From: Eledone cirrhosa
Taxonomy: Eukaryota
Length of the DNA stretch: 64,000 nt
NCBI GenBank assembly: GCA_964016885.1
Contig: OZ024743.1
Location: forward strand, 235,476,001 to 235,540,000
Direction: 5' to 3'
Shown here: piece by piece, positions 53,601-64,000 of the stretch
Layout: each line of letters begins with the position of its first letter
How positions within the stretch are numbered: position 1 is the first letter of the stretch
Notes under the pieces: generated by a model
What the model was told of the DNA's origin: nothing
Database searches by the model: none
Seen by the model: the letters and a program-made list of their open reading frames with translations, nothing else
Position numbers and translations under genes: made by a program

Positions 53601-53766
53601 CTGACTGGTTGACAGCTTGCAATTCGATCAACGACTCAGGAGGAGTTACTGTGATAGTATTAACAGGCCAAATACTGCACGAAGCTCCTGTGTCCACTAG
53701 GAAGGCTCTTCCAGACAGGAGGTCCTCAATGAAGAAATGGCGGTTCCGTTTTGTATCAGAGTTCAC
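50680..53766 (-). pseudogene. pol: Pol polyprotein (protease, RT, RNase H, integrase), split by frameshifts
   Basis: FLVDTGA; SPWASP, DYRRLN, MPFGL, YIDD; DAS...[12 protein letters not shown]; H..SHPG...CVACQ; [19 protein letters not shown]; GPY. Confidence 0.95.
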
Positions 53767-53775
53767 TAGCCGCCT

Positions 53776-54564
53776 TTAGTGACTCTGGTCCACATTTCCC
53801 GCGGCCGAATAATTACACGGAGGCCGGCAATGATCTACCTTATCCGCATAGGTAGCATGATACCAGCACAATGATTGGTTTCTGGCGGGCAAAGTAGTAC
53901 GCCGACGTGGAGTCGCGAAAGAACGCGAACGACTCCTAGGCCGCCGGGAATACAGCCCATTCTCTCTGCATAATCGAGCGACTTGCTGCGTCAAAGCGTC
54001 AATAGCCTTCAACATGGCATCCTTGCGTGTCGAGACAGGTTGGTTCAAATGTGAGGAAGCGATATGCGAGTCCGAGGCGGTAGCCTTTTTAGAAAATTCA
54101 ACGATTCGATCCGCGGAGGCAGCAATTTGCTCCAAAGAGCTGGTGTCCACTATATTTGCCAAAATAATTTGGACGTTGTTTGGCAGGCGAGAGAAAAATA
54201 ATTTTTTAATAAAGGAATTATCCTGTTCAGGCGATTCACTGAGGTCCCTAATGTGGCGTAAAAATTCGGAGGGCGACCTATCGCCTAGACACTCATCCTC
54301 CAACAATGAACGAAATCTGCTCTCAGCAGAATGACTGTTCCTTCGAAGAATTTCTTCCCGCAACGAATCATAGGAAATACCGGCCGACGGGTTCGTAATC
54401 AAATCTTTCACTGTTACAGCGAGTGAAGAAGGAATTCCGCTTATCAAAAAGTTGAGCTTTTTCTCGGTTTTTACTTCGTTGGCAGCAAAATAAGCGTCGA
54501 GCTGCGCAAACCAGAGCTTAGTATCACCTGAGAACGCAGGCAAACCAGGTCCACTCATCATCAA
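53776..54564 (-). CDS. gag: Gag (262 aa)
   Basis: LPAF...LWFAQLDAYF, LGDRSPSEFLR and a C-terminal CWYH...C..PC finger typical of invertebrate gypsy Gag. Confidence 0.88.
   Translation of the reverse strand: MMMSGPGLPAFSGDTKLWFAQLDAYFAANEVKTEKKLNFLISGIPSSLAVTVKDLITNPSAGISYDSLREEILRRNSHSAESRFRSLLEDECLGDRSPSEFLRHIRDLSESPEQDNSFIKKLFFSRLPNNVQIILANIVDTSSLEQIAASADRIVEFSKKATASDSHIASSHLNQPVSTRKDAMLKAIDALTQQVARLCRENGLYSRRPRSRSRSFATPRRRTTLPARNQSLCWYHATYADKVDHCRPPCNYSAAGNVDQSH
53794..53800 (-). promoter_or_regulatory. Putative -1 ribosomal frameshift heptamer G GGA AAT at the gag end
   Basis: X XXY YYZ pattern in the gag frame, a few codons before the stop. Confidence 0.55.
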
Positions 54565-54981
54565 TCTATTACCACATGGACGAATAAAAGTATGTAATGT
54601 TCAAAACGATGGGAAAACAGCACAACTTTCCCTAAATATCCATTAAGTTGGCGCAAGCAAAAGAAGTTCAGTCACAGTACAAGAAATAGCAGCGAAAATC
54701 CAAAAGGCAGAATCTGTGGAACAAGGTAGCAAATATCAAACAAGATGGCGTCGCATTTCTTCTCCAAAACGAGAATATGGTCGCGTGACGAGGCTAAGCC
54801 AATCAGATGGCCGCATTTGAAGAAGAAAGACAATGTGCGGGAATGTTAGCTGACCAGTCAGTCATGTTGGAAAATTTTTTTTTTTTTTTTTTTTTGTGTA
54901 AGACGAACAATTTTCAATTTAAAAACGAATGGCGAAGTTAAGCAGGCTGCGCTTTCATATTTAATCGTCGAGGGTCACCAC

Positions 54982-55331
54982 TTTAGCGGGGAGGTGGTCG
55001 TCGGTCATCCCGTCTAATTGGTTATTGTTTACTGGCTGGCACATCATCAAACAAAAAAGAGAACATACCTCAAGATTATGTTACGCGAACATTTTATTTA
55101 AAGCAAATCAGTGCTCCAAGGTTGGGTAGTGGTTCATTATCGTATTATGCCACGACCGCATGGTGTGATGTCGTTGCGTGGAACTGCACGGGGATTAGTA
55201 CGTCTGTTGTCTCCGAGCTGCCATGGTCCAAGTGTATTGTCTCAACCACTGACGTCAGAACGTGACGTCAGAACTAAGGGCAATTAATCGACTGGCTTCA
55301 CAGTCGACGCTAGATGGCGTGATCTTCTACA
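54982..55331 (-). repeat. 5' LTR of the gypsy element (350 bp)
   Basis: TGTAGAAG...CCCCGCTAAA followed by G-TGGTGACCCTCGACG. Confidence 0.95.
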
Positions 55332-55774
55332 TATGTCTGTAATTATGACAGGTCTTTGGAAATATCAAGGCCGAATTTCATATTAATAAGGTCCGTTCCT
55401 CTTGATAATATGATATAATTTACGATTCAATGAGGAGTTAAAGGCTTTTCATGTCAAGAAGCTTGAAAAACATTTGGCCTACAGAGAAAGATAAACCGGA
55501 TCAAGAGTTACAGGAGCCCTATATGTTTGTACTGTCTATGTTATTGTTGTTTTGCGATAGTCCAACATAACTAGCACTAAAGCCAATCAAACCATGACCA
55601 CCCCATTGGTCATTTGATGATAGGATGTGTTTACAGATTAGGAAGTTGTTTAACAGATCAAGACATCGTGTAGATTCACAAATGTAGAAATGTCCAATGT
55701 ATAATTTATGGTTGTCATGGTGATATATTGTCATATATACAACTGTTTATAGTCTTCTCTGTAATACTCTGTTT

Positions 55775-55960
55775 CTCTCACACTTAGGTCTCTTTCTCTC
55801 TCTCACTCTTAGGTCTTCTCTCTCTCACACTCTTAGGTCTTCTCTCTCTCTATCTCTTAGGTCTTCTCTCTCTCACTCTTAGGTCTTCTCTCTCTCTCAC
55901 TCTCTCTCTCTCACTTAGGTTTCTCTCTCTCTCTCTTTCTCTCACTTGGGTTTCTCTCTC

Positions 55961-56006
<46 letters not shown>

Positions 56007-56008
56007 TT

Positions 56009-56046
<38 letters not shown>

Positions 56047-56172
56047 TAGGTTTCTCTCTCTCTCCCTCTCTCTCTCACACACACTTAGGTCTCTCTCTCT
56101 TTCACTTAGGTTTCTCTCTCTCACACACACACACTTGGGTCCCCCTCTCTCTCTCCCTCTCTCTCACTTAGG

Positions 56173-56233
<61 letters not shown>

Positions 56234-56420
56234 TTAGGTCCCCCCCTCTCTCTCTCCCTTGAAACCTACTTGGGAGGGAGAAACGGCTATAGTATGTTGT
56301 TCAAACTATTATATTTTTCATATTATTAACACCCTCTTCTCCACCCCCTCTCTCTCTATCTCTTTCCTTTTCTCTCTCTCTCTCTCACTCTTAGGTCTCT
56401 CTTTCCTTCTCTCTCTCTCT
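55775..56420. repeat. (CT)n tracts punctuated by a cacttaggt motif
   Basis: Direct reading of the sequence. Confidence 0.85.
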
Positions 56421-57026
56421 CTTCCATGAACGCCATTAAATAATGTAGATAATACAGTTGAAACTGTACATAAGCCAACCCGGAAGTGTATACACACATC
56501 TATCAATGTCAGACAGTTAATGTTGTCATATATATCTTGTTCTACTTCCGCTTTGTTTCATAAAACTGGTTCAACATATTTTCTGAATCCCAATATCAAA
56601 TACAAACACGTGTTGCATGACTACCAACCACACACACACACACTATAGAGTTATACTCAGAGCATAACAATGTTTATTTATTAGAAAAACCAAACTGTTT
56701 TGTAATAGATTGAAAACTGAATCAATACATTCGATACTTGATCAGTTCTAGAGAGATTGTGAAAGGGTTATTGGATAATTAATAAATGTACTGTTAATGA
56801 TTTCTGAACCTTTGTCATAAAACGAAGGAAATTTAGGGATATAATACATACATGGTCCCCTAATCCCTGAGGGAATCACAAGGGTGCTGTATTAATATAC
56901 AGCGTTTCAAGGGCGTTTTTAAACCTGGCAGAGCCCATCTCTCCAGTCTGAATATAGCAGATTTCTTCCAGAGAAGGATAGAGAGAAAGTGAGAGAATGG
57001 AAGTGAGAAAGAGATATAGGTGAAGA

Positions 57027-57182
57027 ATCGACTCCAGTACTTGACTGGTACTTTTTTTATCGACCTAGAATGGATGAAAGGCAAAGGTGACCTTTGTGGG
57101 ATTTGAACTCAGTGCGAAGAGAGCCGAAACCTATACTGCAAAGCATCTATCCGGCGTTCTAATGTATCTGCCAATTCACTGG
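57027..57182 (-). mobile_element. Diverged SINE family A
   Basis: actggtactttttt...ggatgaaaggcaaag...atttgaactcag. Confidence 0.7.
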
Positions 57183-58399
57183 CAAGTCATACAATAAAGT
57201 CAATTTGGGGCGTGTAGACGAACAGATCGTTTCATAATCACGTGGTTGTGGGTTCTGTCCCGCTACACATCATTTGACAATTCTATTTCATTTATTTCAT
57301 ATAGTTATTTATTTGACATTCGTATATTTGCTTATATCAACTGCCTGTCGTTCCACCATTAATGGAAGGTTTTCTGTCGAAATCCCTGCACCAAGCTGAT
57401 GTTCAAGTGTAAGGATCAACTTAAAACTCTCGCCCCAAATTGACAGCTTATAGTCAAATAGTCAGCTTAAGAAATATTCAGCCATCCCTCGTACACCACA
57501 AGAACGAAAAGATAGAGATATCTTTGATAAGAGATCTCGAATGATGAAAATAAACATACATCGTTCGATTCAATGAATTCATTTCGTAAACGAGGGTTGT
57601 GGAAATAGTCCCCGATTTTAGACCGGGGAAAAATAAAGTACATACATGGTGGGGTTCAATTGCTTATTTTCTTCGAAGTAGGCCTATTCTGGCCCCACAC
57701 ATCTAGCCCAACGATCCGGCCACAGGAGTACGCCTGGGATCCTTATTCTGGAACGGAATAAGGATCCGTCGTCGCAGTCCTTATGATGTCTTCTCGAATC
57801 TCAAAGCAGGTAACTTTCAGTAACATATTCATTTCTGGATCGACTTTGAGGGTCGTTGGCGCAACCTGGCAAACGAGCGGCGAGCGGCGAGCGAGTGAAA
57901 TCGTCGTAAAAGCTGGCGCGCGGAAAGTGGTTGGTGGTTGGTGGTTTGCAGTAGCAGCGGTGGCGGAAGTGTTAAAAGGCAGACAAAACTCAAGAGACAT
58001 GGTTGAGTAGACCTTCGATATAACGCATTCCAGCCATGACCATCGTGCCTTAATCATTCATGTACAGTGTACCTAGGACCATATTAGTTACTGTGTCATT
58101 TCCTTTTTCAAGACTGCTGTAGGATATGTGGGAAATCTGACTGCTATTTCTAGCTAGTTAACTGACCACTCAGAGGCTCCTCGTTGACATGTCGGCGAGA
58201 AAGTATTTTCTCTTGCTATTCCGTGTTCCAATTCCTCCAACGTTATTCTTTCCTGTTCGGTCGCCGCGGAATTTCCAATAAATACCAGTAATTTGATAAA
58301 TCGATTCAATTGGTTATTCACAGTGGAGTTGAGGTCTACCTTCCGTTCAAGTTTACTGGTCTTGTGCTTAAAGCAGAAACGATTATTATTATCAAATGT

Positions 58400-59543
58400 A
58401 GGGCATTAGATTAGCAGTATCGGTAGAGCCTCGGACAATGTTTTGCGACATAGAGTTACGGCCCTTTACGTACTTAGTTCAAATCCCACCGAGGTTAATT
58501 TTGCGTTTCATCCTTACGTGATCGATAAAATAAAGTACCAGTAACGCACTGGGGTCTATTTAATCGACTTTCCCCCTCCCCACAAATTGTTGGTCTTGTG
58601 ACTAAATTAGAAACCATTATTATTTTTACAAGGGCTGTGGATTGACAGTATCGGTAGAGGGTCGGACACCATGCTTTCCAGCATAGTTACGTCCCTTTAC
58701 GATCTGAGTTCAAATCCCGCCGAGGTTGACTTTGCCTTTCATCCTTACGGGGTCGATAAAATAAAGTACCAGTAATGCACTGGGTAATTGCTGGCCTTGT
58801 GCCTAAAGTAGAAACAATTATTATTTTTACATTTAAGGCGGTGGATTGGCAGTATCGGTAGAGGGTCAGACGCCATGCTTTGCAGCATAGAGCTATGGCC
58901 CTTTATGATCTGAGTTCAAATCCCGCCGAGGTTAACTTTACCTTTCATCCTTACGGAGTCGATAAAATAAAGACCCAGTGATGCACTGGGGTAATCGCTG
59001 GCTATTGTGCCAAAAGTAGAAACTACTATTATTTTTACGTTTGACACAAACCAGAAAGTTAAAGGCAAGGAGAAAGTCGATTAAAACGACTCCAGTTCGT
59101 TATAATTTCTTTTATTGGCCACAAAAACCATTAAATGAAGGACAATACAAGGATAAAAACAACACTTCACCTTCCATTCTTAGAGGGTCGATACATTAAA
59201 GTACCAGTAACGCGGTGGGGTTGATTTAAGCGACCTTCCACATCATTTTAAACTGCTAGCCTTGCGCCAAATATAGAAAGAATTATTAAATATGGCGTGG
59301 GAACATTTCATTCATTATGACAAAACTAAGCGGTGGGTTGGCAATATCGGTAGAGGGTCGGACGCCATGTTAGGGTGGTGGGCTGGCAGTATCGGTAGAC
59401 GCATAGAGTTACGGCCCTTGCCATTCTGAGTTCAAATCCCGCCGAGGTTAACTTTGCCGTTCATCCTTACAGGGTCGATAAAATAAAGTACCAGTAATAC
59501 ATTGGGTAATTCCTGGCCTTGTGCCAAAAGTAGAAACAATTAT
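58400..59543 (+). mobile_element. Tandem cluster of SINE family A copies (at least 4 near-full copies plus fragments)
   Basis: Head-to-tail copies at about 58400-58620, 58633-58825, 58837-59035 and 59330-59543, joined by ATT tails. Confidence 0.9.
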
Positions 59544-59636
59544 GACAAAACTAGACATACTTTTTTATCTTTAATAATGAAGAGTGAAACAAGGGAGAGT
59601 AGTGAGATTTCCTAATGAATCTAATCATTGCCTTAA

Positions 59637-60305
59637 TACAACCACCACCACTGTCAAACCCACCGCACCACCACCACCATCACCACCACCACCACTGTCA
59701 CCACCACCACACCCACCATCACCACCACCACCACTGTCACCACCACCACCACCACCACCACTGACACCACCACTGTCACCACCACCACTACCACTACCAG
59801 CACCACCACTGTCACCACCACCACACCCACCATCACCATCACCACTACTGTCACCACCACTATCACCACTACCACTACCACCACTGTCACCACCACCACC
59901 ACTACCACCACTGTCACCATCACCACCATCACCACTGTCACCACCACCACCACCACTACCACCACCACCACCACCACTACTGTCACCACCACCATCAACA
60001 CCACCACCACTGTCACCAGCACCACCAGCACCACCACTACCACCACCACCACTGTCACCACCACCAGCACTACCACTGTCACCATCACCACCACTGTCAC
60101 CATCACCACCACCACCACTGTCACCACCACCACCACCACCACCGTCACCACCACCACACCCACTTTCACCACCACCACTGTCACCACCACAGTCACCACC
60201 ACCACACCCACTTTCACCACCACCACTGTCACCACCACAGTCACCACCACCACACCCACTTTCACCACCACCACTGTCACCACCATTGTCACCACCACCA
60301 CTACA
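59637..60305. repeat. (CCA)n-based minisatellite with ctgtca interruptions
   Basis: Direct reading of the sequence. Confidence 0.93.
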
Positions 60306-60889
60306 ACTATCCTCTCTCTAGAAAACAATATATCACCCCATCCAACGCGTCTCCCTCACCATCCTCCGAGGAAAAGTCTTCTCTATTCTGTCTGCCGGGA
60401 CCGCGGGGTGACCAGCACGTGGGCCCCCATTTGCTTATAATAGTGAGAGATGGGAATAGTGGGAGAGGCAGAGGCAGTGGGAGTTTGGTTGCTTTATGTT
60501 CGGAACTGGTCTATATGTATATATATTTATTTACCACACCAGATTAATGCTACAGTGAAGACCTCGAACGTACCAATAATTCTTAGATATAATCATGGCG
60601 GTGGTGGTGGTGGTGACAGTAGGGGTGATGTTTGGGAGGGGTGCTGGTGGTCGTGGAGGTGTTGGTAATGATGGTGGTGGTGGTGGTGCTGGTGGTAGTA
60701 CTGGTAGTGGGGTAGTGGTGGTGGAAGAGGTTGTTGTGCTGGTCGTCGTCATGGTAGTTTTGAACGAAGTGACTTTCAAAACCACCGTAAATTATTCGTT
60801 TTCTGTGGTTCCCCACCTGAGAACTGTCGGTTGCTACCAAGTTATTCCTTGACTGGCGGTTGGCGGTGGGGTTTCGACGGGTTTTCTGT

Positions 60890-61265
60890 GGTTACCCACA
60901 ATCACAGTTTTACACACCATTTTATCCACAATCACAGTCTTACCCATCATTTTACCAACAATCACATTCTTACCCACCATTTGCCCACAATCACAGTCTT
61001 ACCCACCATTTTACTCACAATCACAGTCTTACCAACCATTTACCCACATCACAGTTTTAACCACCATTTTAATCACAATCACAGTCTTACCAACCATTTA
61101 CCCACAATCACAGTTTTAACAAACATTTACCCACAATCACAGGTTTTCCCACCATTTTATCCACAATCAATTGTGGGTAAAATGGTGGGTATGAATGTGA
61201 TTGAGGGTAAAAGGTGGGTAAAACTTTGATTGTGGGTAAAACTGTGATTGTGGGTAAAATGGTGG
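60890..61265. repeat. ~29 bp minisatellite whose last units are inverted
   Basis: cccacaatcacagtcttacccaccatttt units switch to reverse-complement units after about 61170. Confidence 0.85.
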
Positions 61266-61389
61266 TTAAGTGGTTAAAAAGCCCGGAGTCGATTCAATTG
61301 CGTGGCAAATCACTCTATCCATACCTTGTGAGTGAAATTGGGTAAAGAGAAACTGTGTAGAAGCCCGTCGAGTGGACTGTACCTGTCAA

Positions 61390-64000
61390 ACTGTCACACT
61401 GTCACACTGACTGTAATATGTCCAACCATGTCACATTGTGTGACACTGTCTCACTGACTGTAATATGTCCAACCATGTCACTGTCACACTGACTGTAATA
61501 TATCCAACTATGTCACAGTGTCACACTGACTGTAATATGTCCGACCATGTCACACTGTGTCACACTGAATGTAATTTGTCCAACCATGTCACACTGTGTC
61601 ACACTGACCGTAATATGTCTAACCATGTCACACTGTCACACTGACTGTAATATGTCCAAACATGTCACACTGTGTCACACTGACTGTAATATGTGCAACC
61701 ATGTCACACTGTGTCACACTGACTGTAATATATCCAACCATGTCACACTGTGTCACACTGACTGTAATATGTCCAACCATGTCACACTGTCACACTGACT
61801 GTAATATATCCAACCATGTCACAGTGTCATACTGAGTCAGATTGACTGTAATATATGCAACCATGTCACACTGTGTCACATTGACTGTAATATGTCCAGA
61901 CATGTCACACTTTGTCACACTGACTGTAATATATATTCCATGTCACAATGTGTCACACTGACTGATATATGTCCAAACATATCACACGGTGTCACACATT
62001 GTGTCACACACTGTGTCACATACTTTGTCACACTAACTGTAATATGTCTTCCATGTCACACTGTGTCACACTGACTGTAATATGGCTAGATATGTCACAC
62101 ACTGTGTCACATTGACTATAATATGTCCAGACATGTCACACTGTGTCACACTGACTGTAATGTGTCCAACCATGTCACACTGTGTCACACTGACTGTAAT
62201 ATATCCAACCATGTCCCATCTTGTCACACTGACTGTAATATGTCCAACCATGTCACTGTCACACTGACTGTAATATATCCAACCATGTCACACTGTGTCA
62301 CACTGACTGTAAAATATTCAACCATGTCACACTGTGTCACACTGACTGTAATATGTCCAACCATGTCACACTGTGTCGCACTGACTGTAATATGTCCAAC
62401 CATGTCACACTGTGTCACACTGACTGTAATATATCCAACCATGTCACACTGTGTCACACTGACTGTAATATGTCCAACCATGTCACTGTCACACTGACTG
62501 TAATATATCCAACCATGTCACACTGTGTCACACTGACTGTAATATATCCAACCATGTCACACTGTGTCGCACTGACTGTAATATGTCCAACGATGTCACA
62601 CTGTGTCACACTGACTTAATATATCCAACCATGTCACAGTATCACACTGACTGTAATATGTCCTCCATGTCACACTGTGTCTCAATGACTGTAATATATT
62701 CAACCATGTCACAGTGTCACACTGTGTCACACTGACTGTAATATATCCAACCATGTCACAGTGTCATACTGACTGTAATATGTCCTCCATGTCACACTGT
62801 GTCACACTGACTATAATATGTCCTCCATGACACACTGTGTCACACTGACTGTAATATGTCCAACCATGTCACTGTCACACTGACTGTAATATATCCAACT
62901 ATGTCACAGTGTCACACTGACTGTAATATGTCCGACCATGTCACACTGTGTCACACTGAATGTAATTTGTCCAACCATGTCACACTGTGTCACACTGACC
63001 GTAATATGTCTAACCATGTCACACTGTCACACTGACTGTAATATGTCCAAACATGTCACACTGTGTCACACTGACTGTAATATGTGCAACCATGTCACAC
63101 TGTGTCACACTGACTGTAATATATCCAACCATGTCACACTGTGTCACACTGACTGTAATATGTCCAACCATGTCACACTGTCACACTGACTGTAATATAT
63201 CCAACCATGTCACAGTGTCATACTGAGTCAGATTGACTGTAATATATGCAACCATGTCACACTGTGTCACATTGACTGTAATATGTCCAGACATGTCACA
63301 CTGTGTCACACTGACTGTAATATATATTCCATGTCACAATGTGTCACACTGACTGATATATGTCCAAACATATCACACGGTGTCACACATTGTGTCACAC
63401 ACTGTGTCACATACTTTGTCACACTAACTGTAATATGTCTTCCATGTCACACTGTGTCACACTGACTGTAATATGGCTAGATATGTCACACACTGTGTCA
63501 CATTGACTATAATATGTCCAGACATGTCACACTGTGTCACACTGACTGTAATGTGTCCAACCATGTCACACTGTGTCACACTGACTGTAATATATCCAAC
63601 CATGTCCCATCTTGTCACACTGACTGTAATATGTCCAACCATGTCACTGTCACACTGACTGTAATATATCCAACCATGTCACACTGTGTCACACTGACTG
63701 TAAAATATTCAACCATGTCACACTGTGTCACACTGACTGTAATATGTCCAACCATGTCACACTGTGTCGCACTGACTGTAATATGTCCAACCATGTCACA
63801 CTGTGTCACACTGACTGTAATATATCCAACCATGTCACACTGTGTCACACTGACTGTAATATGTCCAACCATGTCACTGTCACACTGACTGTAATATATC
63901 CAACCATGTCACACTGTGTCACACTGACTGTAATATATCCAACCATGTCACACTGTGTCGCACTGACTGTAATATGTCCAACGATGTCACACTGTGTCAC
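61390..64000. repeat. Satellite, ~39 bp unit ctgactgtaatatgtccaaccatgtcacactgtgtcaca, with a 1391 bp higher-order duplication
   Basis: Tandem units; identical ORFs offset by 1391 bp (61547 vs 62938, 62123 vs 63514). Confidence 0.96.

Larger units (their letters stand above)
50052..55331 (-). mobile_element. Ty3/gypsy LTR retrotransposon, near full length
   Basis: LTRs at 54982-55331 and 50052-50421, TSD TATG, tRNA-Trp-like PBS, PPT, and domain order gag-PR-RT-RH-IN. Confidence 0.97.

Noticed and set aside
59584-60328. Proline-rich extensin/formin-like ORF
   Set aside because: (CCA)n minisatellite with no splice or domain context.

Overview
Repeat-saturated animal genomic DNA, most likely a coleoid cephalopod such as an octopus (inferred from the tRNA-derived SINE consensus and the microsatellite and satellite landscape). 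No host protein-coding gene can be supported, and most long ORFs in the track are translations of simple repeats. Recognisable content: one tRNA-Arg(CCT) gene; two Tx1/L1-group LINEs, the second with a twin-priming-type 5' inversion and an in-frame endonuclease deletion; R4/Dong-like and CRE-like restriction-endonuclease retroelement fragments; RTE remnants; several Penelope-like elements with hammerhead ribozyme motifs; a near-complete Ty3/gypsy element; a non-coding LTR element; many SINE copies; two MITE-like DNA elements; and about ten satellite arrays. Best leads: (1) the gypsy element and the non-coding LTR element have unrelated LTR interiors but share non-canonical TG...AA termini, a tRNA-Trp PBS and a near-identical PPT; (2) the dominant SINE shares its 3' terminus with the Tx1 LINE, and SINEs, Tx1 and Dong-like elements are stacked at (AAT)n junctions; (3) both Penelope pseudo-LTRs carry a full type I hammerhead fold with the same variant catalytic core. 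All calls were made by eye; no database search or folding program was run.
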